A DNA stretch of 63,920 nt, the filler included. It is 8 parts of 8 records of this genome, joined end to end, with 100 filler letters (N's around TTAATTAATTAA, not from the genome) between each part and the next. Parts side by side here need not be neighbours in the genome. Positions count along the whole stretch, not along the records: positions 38,377 to 43,492 come from SRR31147125_37501; positions 43,593 to 50,742 come from SRR31147125_37518; positions 50,843 to 58,548 come from SRR31147125_37519; 5 more parts are not named here. One strand, 5' to 3'. Position 1 is the stretch's first letter, and every line of letters begins with the position of its first letter. Position numbers and translations under genes: made by a program. A model generated the notes under the pieces. That model did no database searches. It was not told the origin of the DNA and was given only the letters and a program-made list of their open reading frames with translations. This document shows positions 41,531-52,231 of this stretch, in pieces.

Positions 41531-42603
41531 TGAACTACTCGATAGCGGTAATTCCCGGCGATGGAATTGGTCCCGATATTGTAGCTGAAACCATAAAGGT
41601 TCTGGATAAGGTCGGAGAAATCTACGGACATTCATTTACATATACCGAGCTGCTGGCCGGTGGTGCCGCGCTGGACGCGGAAGGAATTCCACTTCCGGCA
41701 GCAACTCTGCAGACCTGCAAGGATAGTGACGCGGTACTGCTCGGAGCTGTAGGCGGACCGAAATGGGACAATCTGGACGGCAATATGCGGCCGGAACAGG
41801 CCCTGCTCGGACTGCGTGCAGGCCTTGGCCTTTTCGCGAATCTGCGGCCCGCGATTCTCTATGAACAGTTGAAAGAGGCCTGCCCGCTGCGGCCGGATAT
41901 AATCGGAAGCGGTCTCGATATCTATGTGGTTCGAGAGCTTACCGGAGGTATCTACTTTGGTGAACGTGGACGCACAGAGCTGCCGACCGGTACCAAAGCG
42001 TACGATACCATGGCCTATTCCGTACCTGAAGTTGAACGCATCACCCGGCTCTCTTTTGATATCGCCATGAAGCGCTCGAAAAAAGTGACCAGTGTCGATA
42101 AAGCCAATATTCTCGAAAGTTCACGTCTGTGGCGTGCGACTGTAGAGAAAGTTGCTGAGGAGTATCCCGAAGTTGAGCTGAACCACATGTATGTCGACAA
42201 TGCCGCCATGCAGCTGGTTCGCAATCCGCATCAGTTTGATGTAATCGTTACCTCGAACATGTTCGGCGATATTCTCTCGGATGAGGCAAGCATGATAACC
42301 GGATCTATCGGTATGCTGCCCTCGGCAAGTCTGGGTGAAGGTAGTTTCGGCATGTATGAACCGGTGCATGGTTCAGCACCCGATATCGCCGGTCAGGATA
42401 AAGCCAATCCGATTGCCACAGTGCTTTCGGCGGCAATGATGCTGCGTTATACATTCGGCCTGACACAAGAGGCAGATGCCATGGATAAGGCTGTGGAGAA
42501 AGTGCTGCAGGGACCCTGTCGAACCGGTGATATTTTCAGCGACGGCAAAGAGCTGATTGGAACAAAAGAGATGGGCCGCCTGATTATGGAAGCCCTTGGT
42601 TAG
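41530..42603 (+). CDS. leuB: 3-isopropylmalate dehydrogenase
   Basis: [42 protein letters not shown]. Confidence 0.97.
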   Translation: MNYSIAVIPGDGIGPDIVAETIKVLDKVGEIYGHSFTYTELLAGGAALDAEGIPLPAATLQTCKDSDAVLLGAVGGPKWDNLDGNMRPEQALLGLRAGLGLFANLRPAILYEQLKEACPLRPDIIGSGLDIYVVRELTGGIYFGERGRTELPTGTKAYDTMAYSVPEVERITRLSFDIAMKRSKKVTSVDKANILESSRLWRATVEKVAEEYPEVELNHMYVDNAAMQLVRNPHQFDVIVTSNMFGDILSDEASMITGSIGMLPSASLGEGSFGMYEPVHGSAPDIAGQDKANPIATVLSAAMMLRYTFGLTQEADAMDKAVEKVLQGPCRTGDIFSDGKELIGTKEMGRLIMEALG

Positions 42604-42653
42604 TGAATAGTAAGTAGACCTGAAGGATTACTTATCATAAAGGATACTGGGAA

Positions 42654-43492
42654 ATGAGTGATAAACAAGTCATCTACATCGATGGAGAATTCGTTGATAA
42701 AGCCGATGCCAAGGTTTCGGTATTTGATCACGGACTGCTCTACGGTGATGGACTGTTCGAAGGAATCCGTGCCTATAACGGGCGTGTATTCAAGCTGAAA
42801 GAGCATATCGACCGCATGTATAACGCGGCCAGAGCTATTTCTCTTGATATCCCGCTCACAAAGGCTGAGATGACGGAAGTGGTGCTTGAATCGTGCCGGC
42901 GTAATGCTATTGTCGACGGGTATGTACGGCTTGTGGTAACCCGCGGATACGGTGACTTGGGTCTATCCCCGAAGAAATGTACAAAGCCTACGGTTATTTC
43001 AATCGCTGCTCAGATTTCACTCTATCCGCTGCACTTCTACGAAGATGGTTTGAAAGTCATTATATCGACGGTGCGCAGAAACAAGGCCACAATCCTGGAT
43101 CCGCAGGTGAAGACGCTCAACTATATGAACAATATCCTGGCCAGAATAGAGGCCGACAGGGTCGGTGCTCCCGAAGCACTGATGCTGACAGAAGATGGAC
43201 TCGTAGCGGAATGCACCGGTGACAATATCTTCATCGTTATCAATGGGGAAATTTGGACGCCTCCCATCCATATGGGAATTCTGGACGGCATAACCCGTGG
43301 AACGGTTATCGATCTTGCCCGTGAAAAAGGCTATACCGTTCGGGAGAAGGAGTTCACGGTCTATAACATTTTATGTGCCGATGAATGTTTCCTCACCGGT
43401 ACGGCGGCGGAGCTTATCGCGGTCACCGAGCTGGATGGTAAGGTTATAGGCAGTGGTAGGGCCGGAGATTACTCCGGAACAGTCGGAGATTA
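42654..43492 (+). CDS. ilvE: Branched-chain amino acid aminotransferase, 3' truncated
   Basis: DHGLLYGDGLFEGIRAY, K.LNY, ECTGDNIF, LDGITR, FLTGTAAE. Confidence 0.95.
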
Positions 43493-43592
43493 NNNNNNNN
43501 NNNNNNNNNNNNNNNNNNNNNNNNNNNNNNNNNNNNTTAATTAATTAANNNNNNNNNNNNNNNNNNNNNNNNNNNNNNNNNNNNNNNNNNNN
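43493..43592. other. Artificial contig spacer
   Basis: Same linker. Confidence 0.99.
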
Positions 43593-45179
43593 AAAAAAAG
43601 AGCGATACCCACCATAAAAAAGAAGAGGCAACCGTCATTCACGCAATCGATTGGCAAAAAATCGCCTGTTTAGCGGCGTTTCAAAGCGGATTCACCATCA
43701 TTTCCGGAGGTCCCGGCACCGGCAAAACCACCACCGTCTCCAAACTTCTGGCCCTGCTTTTACATGAAAATCCCACATTGGAAGTGGATCTGGTGGCACC
43801 AACGGGCAAGGCGGCCGATCGTCTGATGAAATCCATTCAATCGGCCAAACTCCACCTGGATATTCCCGACTCTCTGAAAGAGAAACTCCCGGACACCGCC
43901 CGGACCATCCATCGATATCTTGGCTACCTCCCCGGACCGGTGCATTTCGACATCATGCAGGGAATCGGCAAAGCAGCGATCTTCTGGTGGTGGACGAGGC
44001 ATCCATGGTGTCCCTGCCGCTGTTTGCCCATCTGTTCGATGCCTTGAAACCAACGGCCAAGATCATTCTGCTGGGAGACAAGGATCAACTCTCATCTGTT
44101 GAAAACGGATCGGTGTTTGCCGATCTTTCGTCCAATCGATTCGTCAATGTGTTCAGTGGGGATTTCATCCATCGAAACCGTGCGTTGATTCCCGGATTCC
44201 ATCGGTTCGAGGCCGTTCCCAAAGCGGCGGAAACCATTCTGACCAATCGTGTCATTCAGCTGGAGCACAGCTACCGCTTCGGCGTTGACAGCGGCATCGG
44301 CCACCTCAGTTTTCTCATCAACAAGGTTCAATTGGATCCCCCCACCGGCAATGAACCGCTGTTCCCCCAACGCGATCCCTCCCTCTCCCCATCTGTAACA
44401 AGCAAAGGAGCGGACAAAGCCGATATCATGAGGTTCATGAAGACAAGGCGGTTGAATGAAAGAAGCATCTCAAAAATCGTGACTGCAGGAAAGGCAATGC
44501 CCGCGGATCGGCATTTTGAGGACATTGCCTGGTACGATCTCCATGGAGAGGATGCCGAAGCACCCCTTGCTCTTTTGCTTGAAAATGAAGCTAAAAAACG
44601 CTACCGGCCCTATCTGGATGCGTTGGATCGATTTCATAACGATAACAGAGCCGACGTCAAAACCGTTTTGGATGCATTTGAAGCCTTCCGCATCCTATGC
44701 GCCGTCAATCGCGGGCCTTTTGGCGTAGAGCGCGTCAATGCGTGGATGGAAGCCTTGCTGTTCGGCAAAAAACAGGATCTCTTCTATTCCGGTCGTCCGG
44801 TGCTGGTGCAGACAAACGATTACACCCAGCAGCTTTTCAATGGAGATATCGGCGTCATCCTGGAAGAGAAGGGGGAGAACGACGTGCCTGGTTCCGGGGG
44901 GAAGGCGGAACCGTGAGGGGATTTGCCCCGGCCTTTCTACCGGGGCATGTCACCGCCTTTGCCATGACCATCCACAAGAGTCAAGGCAGTGAATTCGATG
45001 GCGTGATGATGCTTCTCCCCAATCGGGATACCCGAATCCTGACCCGGGAGATCATCTACACCGGCATCACCCGGGCCAAAAATGAGATCAGTATTGCCGG
45101 ATCTCAATCGATTTTCGAAAAAGCGATCCTGCGACGAACGGAACGAACATCCGGTTTGCAACAAAAGCTCATATTTTAA
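43593..45179 (+). CDS. recD: RecD (exodeoxyribonuclease V alpha), 5' truncated, two frameshifts (about 43945 and 44875)
   Basis: IDWQK, ISGGPGTGKTT, APTGKAA, VDEASM, LLGDKDQL, FNGDIG, AMTIHKSQGSEF, YTGITRA. Confidence 0.92.
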
Positions 45180-45266
45180 AAAGGCAAGGCAAATTTTGGG
45201 GGGCCATGGCGGGAAATCAACCGGGGATGGGGACTTCCCCGGCGACATGACTGAATGGGGTTGTTT

Positions 45267-46349
45267 CTACAACAGCAATCCGGCCAGGAATGTGGCCACC
45301 AGCCCGGCGGTTAAGAGCCGCATGACCGCTCCGATCACAGCCGCGCCCATGGCCTCGAAATGGGAGAGATCCGTGGCCTCGGACCAGATGGCCGGAATCT
45401 GGCCGAAAATCACGGACAGGGGAAAGCCCGAGGCAGCCAGGACCACGGAGCCGATGACCAGTTCCGGGGAAAGGGTGGCGGCGATGTCCTTCAGCTGGGC
45501 CGTGGCCAGGGTGGGCGATGCCATTATGCTCACGATGCCGGTTTTGGGATCAATGGACAGGGCGGATAGAATGGTGGTAAGTCCGGTCTCAATGGGTTTC
45601 CACACCCCGATATAGTCCAGGGCACCGATCATGGCGAAAATAACCCCCACCGCCGGAATAATGAGCAGAAACAGAAGTTCCGCCCCTTCCCGGGCCGCGC
45701 CGAAAATGGTGGGCAACACGCCTGTATCCGGGGTGAAGCTGGGCATCTCTTCCAGGGGCACGGCCCGGGTGTCCCGCCAAATCACCAGCCTGAGCAGGGC
45801 CGGCACGATAACCAGGGGGGCAAACACGGAGATCAGGATGATGACGAACACCTTGGCCTGGATGGCGGTGAGGGCGATGATGGAAAACATGAAAGTGGAA
45901 AAGGACTGCTGGGATTGGACCATGGTACAGATGGCGATTTTCTGCTCATCCTTGGTGGCACCGGCCTTGACCAGGATGGGTCCGGCGATGCGGCCGGCCG
46001 CATTGATGTCCCCCAGGATATTGTAAACCGAGGGCACCAGGACACTGGAATTGACCTTGATGATCCGGGTCAGGGGCAGAAACAGGCGCATGAGGGCGTC
46101 GGTGAACCCGCATCGTTCCAGGATACGGCCGATGAGTACGCTGATGATGATGGCCACGCCCACCTTGCCCGTGAGAAAGACCTTGACGATGATGGGGTAG
46201 GATTTGTTGAGCATGGCATCAAAAATGCCCGAGATGAACTGGGGGTTGAAAATCAGACCTGCCAGGGAGAGAGCCACCAGGATCAGGCCGGTGATCTCTA
46301 TCTTTCGCAGCCCCTTTTTGGGGATGGTCTGTGTCAGTGCTTCACTCAT
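45267..46349 (-). CDS. Multi-pass membrane protein, probable transporter of nucleoside-recognition (Gate)/SpmAB-like type
   Basis: About 9-10 hydrophobic segments; GRILERCGFTDALMRLFLP resembles a Gate-domain start; last gene of a tight operon. Confidence 0.65.
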   Translation of the reverse strand: MSEALTQTIPKKGLRKIEITGLILVALSLAGLIFNPQFISGIFDAMLNKSYPIIVKVFLTGKVGVAIIISVLIGRILERCGFTDALMRLFLPLTRIIKVNSSVLVPSVYNILGDINAAGRIAGPILVKAGATKDEQKIAICTMVQSQQSFSTFMFSIIALTAIQAKVFVIILISVFAPLVIVPALLRLVIWRDTRAVPLEEMPSFTPDTGVLPTIFGAAREGAELLFLLIIPAVGVIFAMIGALDYIGVWKPIETGLTTILSALSIDPKTGIVSIMASPTLATAQLKDIAATLSPELVIGSVVLAASGFPLSVIFGQIPAIWSEATDLSHFEAMGAAVIGAVMRLLTAGLVATFLAGLLL

Positions 46350-46381
46350 TGTTTTCTCCTTTCACTCAATAATTTGCCGGA

Positions 46382-47389
46382 TTAACCGGTTAAATGGTTT
46401 TCCGCCATGGTTTGGGCATATGCCTGGAGTCTTGGGCTGCCGAATGCATCCAGGGGAATGCTGGTCATTCGTTCCTTGAAAATCACCACCTCCATGTCCG
46501 GCAGCAGGATCTGGATGGCCCGGGCCAGGGGCAGGCCGTTTTCCATGATCTCCAGGGCATGGGAGTTGCCGCAGATGAAATTGAGGCCCAACTCCCCGGC
46601 CTTTTTCACCAAATCATGGTCCGGAAATACCCGGGAGATGGAGGCAAGGACCGTGTCCACATCGGGATGTTCCTGAAAGGCCCGCTCCATATGCACCGGG
46701 GTAAATCCCGTATGCGGGAAGATATGCATGATTTTTGACACGGGGTTGCCCGGCTCACCCGCCAGGATCTTCCCCCGTGTGCAGACGGCGGTCTCTTCCA
46801 GATCCGGGCAGTCTCGGATCTTTTTTTCTTCCGCCAGCAGGGCGGTTTCCATATCCAGTCCCATGAAAGAATCAATGCGGTCCAGCATGTCTTTCAGGGT
46901 GGCCACCCCGTTCAGGGCATTGCCCACAAAGAGAATGTTGCCCGGTATATGGGAGTAGGCAATATGGACAAAGGCAGCATCATGTCCGTGGAGAAAGGCG
47001 ATCCCCGGGTGGCGTCCGTGGAACGCCTCGTGGAGCTCCAGCACGGCCACCTTGTAGAGATCCAGGTAGGTTTTCAAGAGCACTCCCCCGGAATTGGCTG
47101 CATCGGCCACAGGATGATGGGCCACCACGGCATCCACCCCAATGGCTCCGGCCAATTCGATGGCGCTTTCGGTGAGGGTCATCATCACAGCCACCTTTTT
47201 CACCGGTTTTTCAGGATTTCCCACCACAAGCCCGGGCATCTCGGTGACGGCCTTGCCCGGGATATTGGAGGATTTGGTGACCACAAAGGGATGGCTCCCT
47301 GTGACGGCATCGGGTGATGTGATGACCCGACCGCCGGAGATAATGTCCAGGGCCTGGACCAGGTCCTGGATTGTCGTACCTTGTTTCAT
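46382..47389 (-). CDS. NIF3/YbgI-like dinuclear metal-centre protein (divergent)
   Basis: GLVVG...VKKVAV, DAVVAHHP, HEAFH, C-terminal NSHALE. Confidence 0.75.
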   Translation of the reverse strand: MKQGTTIQDLVQALDIISGGRVITSPDAVTGSHPFVVTKSSNIPGKAVTEMPGLVVGNPEKPVKKVAVMMTLTESAIELAGAIGVDAVVAHHPVADAANSGGVLLKTYLDLYKVAVLELHEAFHGRHPGIAFLHGHDAAFVHIAYSHIPGNILFVGNALNGVATLKDMLDRIDSFMGLDMETALLAEEKKIRDCPDLEETAVCTRGKILAGEPGNPVSKIMHIFPHTGFTPVHMERAFQEHPDVDTVLASISRVFPDHDLVKKAGELGLNFICGNSHALEIMENGLPLARAIQILLPDMEVVIFKERMTSIPLDAFGSPRLQAYAQTMAENHLTG

Positions 47390-47413
47390 TTGCTGCCTCC
47401 TTGGAATCTTAGG

Positions 47414-48682
47414 TTAATCAAATATTCGGGCCATTCCTGCTGCGGATACCCTCTTTCGTATGGCCTCGATGTCAGTGGTATACAAGTTCTTTTGCCGGAT
47501 CCGATCAAAAAGGACGGAGCCGGAAAAGGTAAATTTCTGATCCAGCCGGCCCTTGTCCATCATCTGTGACCGGACATGGGAAACGGCATCTCCCACCACC
47601 AGGCTCTCGGGCAGGGTAATGCCCCCCTTGTCATTGGCCCGGACCGCATTGAAACCGGCCAGGGTGCCGGTGCAGACGGCTTCGGTATGGCCCACCAGAA
47701 GTCCGGCCTTTTCACCGGCGCAGAACAAATTGTCCACCCCGTCCACCTTGAGCCGGTCATCCCTGGGGGACATGGCCAGGAAGCGGATGGAATTGCCTGT
47801 CCCGCCACTGTAAGGGTCTTCATACCGTGCCGCTTCAAGGCCTGGGATCTGTCGTAATATTTCCAGGGGAAAAAACGGGGTCATGAGCTTGGCATGGCCG
47901 GTATCGAGCAGAATCACATTTTCGGAAAACGCCCTGGAGGCATACTGCTGACACGCCTTCACGGCCAGTTTTCCACGGCTCTGCAGGGCCGTGGGCACGG
48001 GTAGCACGGCCACGCCCGTGGTGGTGAGCCGGTCCCGGATTTCCGGGGATAGTGAGCCCTTGTGGAGCTTGCAGGAGCCGCTCATGGCCCCCACCTGACC
48101 CGGCCGGGTTCCGGTCATCTCGGCAATCCCGGCTTTGGCTGCCACGCTCACCCGACCACCAAAGGTGTGACAGCGCAGGATGCACATGGCGCACCCCTTT
48201 CCGTGCCTGTTACACAGGGCAGGCGGGCCTGCCGTACCTGTGGTGTCGATGAATGCGTCGCCTGCCAGTTCAAAGGGAACTTGACCGCTCTTTCCCGTCA
48301 CCGTCTCCATCCGGGCACCGGCCATGGTCACATCCGTAATTCTGCTGTTCAGCATCAGGGTCACTCCCTTGCTCACCAGCAGGGACCGCACTGCCGGTTC
48401 CACGGTTGAGACGTTGTAAAGGCAGGCATGGCTGTGGCCGGGAAAATCAATATTTTTGTGGACCAAGTGGGCATCGATGGTCAAAAAGAGGTCTCCCCCG
48501 CCCATGGCGATCATCTCTTCGGTGGCAGTGAACCGGGCATTGTTCCGCATGATCCCCCCCACAAGCCCTGTCCCCAACAGCATGTCCGTCCGTTCCACCA
48601 GGAAGACCTTGGCCCCCTGTTTCCTTGCTTCCAGGGCAGCGGCACAACCTGCCCAGCCGCCGCCGATTACCACGATATTCAT
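47414..48682 (-). CDS. GidA/TrmFO-family FAD-dependent oxidoreductase with a Cys cluster
   Basis: VIGGGWAGCAAA; NLFCAGEKAG..GHTEA..TGTLAGFNA matches the MnmG/TrmFO AGQ..G..GY.EA...G..AG.NA motif; CNRHGKGCAMCILRC. Confidence 0.8.
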   Translation of the reverse strand: MNIVVIGGGWAGCAAALEARKQGAKVFLVERTDMLLGTGLVGGIMRNNARFTATEEMIAMGGGDLFLTIDAHLVHKNIDFPGHSHACLYNVSTVEPAVRSLLVSKGVTLMLNSRITDVTMAGARMETVTGKSGQVPFELAGDAFIDTTGTAGPPALCNRHGKGCAMCILRCHTFGGRVSVAAKAGIAEMTGTRPGQVGAMSGSCKLHKGSLSPEIRDRLTTTGVAVLPVPTALQSRGKLAVKACQQYASRAFSENVILLDTGHAKLMTPFFPLEILRQIPGLEAARYEDPYSGGTGNSIRFLAMSPRDDRLKVDGVDNLFCAGEKAGLLVGHTEAVCTGTLAGFNAVRANDKGGITLPESLVVGDAVSHVRSQMMDKGRLDQKFTFSGSVLFDRIRQKNLYTTDIEAIRKRVSAAGMARIFD

Positions 48683-48699
48683 TTATCATCCTCTCTTTT

Positions 48700-50448
48700 T
48701 TATATCAGGGCGGTTTCAGCCCTTGATGTTGCTCTGTTTTTTCTGATTCGGGCCTGCCAGGACATCACCGGCGGCAGTTCCGTCACTTCGGACTCGGTGA
48801 TCACATCCAGAAATACCGGTCCCTGGAATGAAAACGCCGCCTCCAATGCCGGTTCCAGTTCATCCGGGGAGGCCACCTTGTGGGCGGCCATGCCGAATCC
48901 TCTAGCCACCAGCGACGGATCATGGCTGTTGAAATCCACGGAGAAAAACTTGTTGTCCGTATGGAGGGCCTGCAGGGCCTTGATCCAGCCGAAACAACTG
49001 TTGTTGAAATGAATGAGTACGGCAGGGATGTTCAGGCGAACCAGGGTTTCCAGCTCGCCGGCGGACATCCCCAGGGATCCGTCCCCGAACAGGCCCACCA
49101 GCCGGGCATCGGGATTGGCAAAATGGGCGCCCACAAGGCCCGGAACGGCATAGCCCAGGCCACCGAAGGCCCTTGGGATGATAAAGGTGGAATCTTTGCC
49201 GGAAAGCCTTAAATACCGGGTGATATGCGGGGTGGGTGTACCGGCGTCGGCAATGACGATGGAGGGCCGGTCCAGAAACCGGTTCAGGGCGCAGATCAAT
49301 CGCTGGGGCTTGATGGGAGAGGCGGAAGAGTTGAGTTTTTCCCGGGACGCTTCCCAGAATGCCTTACGATCCCGGTTCAAGGAAGCCACCCAAGGAGCCC
49401 GGGATTCAGGCACACCTGCCTTTTTAAGGGCTTGATCCGCCAGGATGTTGAGATCCCGAAGTATCAGCCGTGCGTCTCCGGCCAGGCTGAGGTGGTTGGC
49501 AGTATTGTTACCGAGCATTTCCGGGTCCAGATCCACCTGGAGGATCTGGCGTAAAGGATCATAGGCCGGCAGGGTCCAGTTCACTGATGAGACAGAGCCG
49601 ATCTTGCACCCCAGGTAAAAGAGGGTGTCGCTCTCTTCCACGGCCCGGACGGCATGGGGGTGAAATCCATTGTCACCGATAACGCCCAGGGCCAATTCAT
49701 GGTGGTCCGGCAGGATACCCTGGCCGGATATGGTGGTGACCACGGGAATCGCCAGCAATTCGCACAGGGTCAGAATCTCATTTTGAGCCTGTGCATGCTT
49801 GGCTCCGCCCCCGGCCACGATCACGGGTTTTTTTGCAGTCATCAGGGAGGCCGCGATGGCCTCCAGCCCCTCACGGCTGCCCCGGGTCCTGAAGGCGGGA
49901 TAGGTCCGGCACTGGGACTCGGCATACAGGCAGCGCTCTTCGGCTTCCCACTTATGCTTGAAGATTTCCTGGGGGATGCAGAGATGGACGGCACCGGGCC
50001 GCCCTGTGGTGGCGATCCTGAAGGCCCTGCGGATAATCTCCGGGATTCGCGTCCCGTCCTTGACCAGGCAGGACCATTTGGTCACAGGTTCAAACAGACG
50101 CTCGCAGTCCAGTTCCGTTATGGTCTTTTTGTCCTCCCCGCTGATGGGGATGTCATTGGTGATCAGAATCACCGGTACGGAGGAGGCATCTGCCTCGGCA
50201 ATGCCGGGAATGGCATAGAGGGCACCTGCCCCGCTGGGGCATTCGCAGATCCCGGGTTTATGGGAAACCCGGGCATAGGCATCTGCCATGAACCCGGCGC
50301 TGCGTTCGTCCCGGGCCATGACATGGCGGATGCTCCCGGCATCGTGGAGGGATTCGTACAGGGGAATGCTGGTATCTCCGGGCACCCCGAAGATCACCCG
50401 GACATCGTAAAGGGAGAGCATCTTGACGATCAAATCAGAACTTTTCAT
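48700..50448 (-). CDS. ThDP-dependent enzyme, acetolactate synthase large-subunit superfamily
   Basis: FGVPG, RDERSAGFMADAYAR, AFRIA.TGRPGAVHL, GDGSLGM...FNN ThDP motif. Confidence 0.9.
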   Translation of the reverse strand: MKSSDLIVKMLSLYDVRVIFGVPGDTSIPLYESLHDAGSIRHVMARDERSAGFMADAYARVSHKPGICECPSGAGALYAIPGIAEADASSVPVILITNDIPISGEDKKTITELDCERLFEPVTKWSCLVKDGTRIPEIIRRAFRIATTGRPGAVHLCIPQEIFKHKWEAEERCLYAESQCRTYPAFRTRGSREGLEAIAASLMTAKKPVIVAGGGAKHAQAQNEILTLCELLAIPVVTTISGQGILPDHHELALGVIGDNGFHPHAVRAVEESDTLFYLGCKIGSVSSVNWTLPAYDPLRQILQVDLDPEMLGNNTANHLSLAGDARLILRDLNILADQALKKAGVPESRAPWVASLNRDRKAFWEASREKLNSSASPIKPQRLICALNRFLDRPSIVIADAGTPTPHITRYLRLSGKDSTFIIPRAFGGLGYAVPGLVGAHFANPDARLVGLFGDGSLGMSAGELETLVRLNIPAVLIHFNNSCFGWIKALQALHTDNKFFSVDFNSHDPSLVARGFGMAAHKVASPDELEPALEAAFSFQGPVFLDVITESEVTELPPVMSWQARIRKNRATSRAETALI

Positions 50449-50504
50449 ATTTGTTTCCAGACCGGCACCGACTATTCGGCGTCCGTATGCTTTTAATTAA
50501 AAAA

Positions 50505-50530
50505 TATTAAAACAACATATTGTTTTAATA
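50505..50530. promoter_or_regulatory. Perfect 11-bp-arm palindrome upstream of the ThDP operon (probable operator)
   Basis: TATTAAAACAA-cata-TTGTTTTAATA, about 57 bp upstream of ATG 50448. Confidence 0.6.
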
Positions 50531-50742
50531 GTAGATTTATTTTTTGTATATTTGGAATATTTAAATTTAATTAAATTTGAAAAAAAATAATCAAATCACT
50601 CTCTTCTTGTCAAGTATTTTTTTACACTCAATTTAAAATTATAAAATATAATAATTATTTTAAAATTATTTCAAGTAGTTAAAAAATAGCGAATTTATTT
50701 AGTAAAAATAAAACTGAGATAAAATTTAACTAAATTCAAAAA

Positions 50743-50842
50743 NNNNNNNNNNNNNNNNNNNNNNNNNNNNNNNNNNNNNNNNNNNNTTAATTAATTAANN
50801 NNNNNNNNNNNNNNNNNNNNNNNNNNNNNNNNNNNNNNNNNN
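50743..50842. other. Artificial contig spacer
   Basis: Same linker. Confidence 0.99.
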
Positions 50843-52059
50843 CCCCCCAGGGTAAAGAACAGGCTGCGCTCCAGCAAATTGATTTGGGCCTGGGTAAAGG
50901 CGTCCCAGCTATTCCATGATTCGTCATAATCGACGGGGGAATAATCGCCGGCATATTTGTTACGGGGTTCCTGACCGTCGTAAACCGCCTCTTCGTAATC
51001 GGCGCCCAAGGTGAGGGTCAACCACTCGGAAGCGACCAGGTTGTGCTGCATATCAAGGTAGGTGGTGTTGCCGTCATAGTTGGACTGATCGCCGTCGGTG
51101 GCCGTCCAGAAGTAGTGGCGCTCGGTGGCGCCGTAGGATCCCCTTAGGGTGTAATCCCACACGTTGGTAACGGCATGTGTCCAGTTGAGGCCCATTTGGT
51201 AGAGCTGGCTCTCGCGATGCTTCTCCGCGCTGGCCCGATTTTTGATCAGGTCGCCATCGGCATCCAGGGACGGCGTATTTTCGGACAAGGCCAGATCGCT
51301 GTCGCTGAACAGCGTGCTGAACTCCAGGGCCGTTTGATCGGTGGGTTTGAATCCGGCACCGAGGGTAAACCCCTTACTGTCATATTCGAAGCTGTTCTCT
51401 CCACCGTAATCCTCACCGTCGGTGGTCACATAAATGGGATTGAAGTCCACATAGTATTTCTCCTGGCCGTAGGCCAGCAAGGCATTGCCGATGTAGGTGC
51501 TGTCAGGACCGATTTCGTTGCGCCATTCCACCACAGGTTCGGCGTGCCACTTGCGGGGAATGATGTTGATCACGCCGCCCATGGCCTGGGAGCCGTAGAG
51601 GGTGCTGTTGGTGCCCTTGAGGATCTCGATCCGTTCCAGGTTGCTGCTGCCGTACATATTTTCGATAAAGTACTGCAGGGTGCTCTGGGTGTCGGCGGCA
51701 TCGCGCAGCGGCATGCCGTTATACTGATACTGCACGTCCTGAGATCCGGTGCCGCGGATTATGATCGAGGAATGCTGGCCGATGCCACCGTTTCGTTTCA
51801 GATAGACCCCCGGTTGGTTGTCGATCAACTCGGGCAAGAAATATTGTTGCTGCTCTTCCCGGTCCGAGGCATGGATCACATCGATACTCTTTGTCGTTTC
51901 GGCAATAGGCGTCTCTGTTCGGGTGGCGGTGACCACCATCTCCTCTACTGTCTGGGTGACCGTGGTTTCATCCTCGGCACAAACTGGAAAGGTGGTGATA
52001 AAAAACAGTGTCGTTGCCATAAAAATGAGTAGCCATTCAGAATAGTAGGTCCGTTTCAT
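50843..52059 (-). CDS. TonB-dependent receptor, BtuB-like, 3' truncated
   Basis: Signal peptide, TonB box EMVVTATR, plug motif ERIEILKG.NSTLYGSQAMGGVINII; downstream of a B12 riboswitch. Confidence 0.9.
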
Positions 52060-52231
52060 TCTTTCTCCTCTTCTTTTTTTTGCGTTTGTGGTTCGACCAT
52101 GCGGCCGACGAGGAGAAATCAATGCCCGGGCAGGGCGCAACTGTTTTACAGCCATTTATCCGGCAACCGATGTTCGTTGCCTCCGGGTAAACCAGTATTT
52201 TACCGAATCCTCGTCGGTCCGTTTACTGAAA

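Noticed and set aside
43460-43492. Repeat CGGAGATTA at the end of ilvE
   Set aside because: At a contig terminus where the protein loses similarity; probably a low-quality end.
17040-44890. Frameshifts in the amidase, apgM, leuC and recD as programmed frameshifting or pseudogenes
   Set aside because: Mostly 1-2 base losses in short homopolymer runs, in housekeeping genes from several unrelated contigs; best explained as sequencing error. Reads are needed to confirm.
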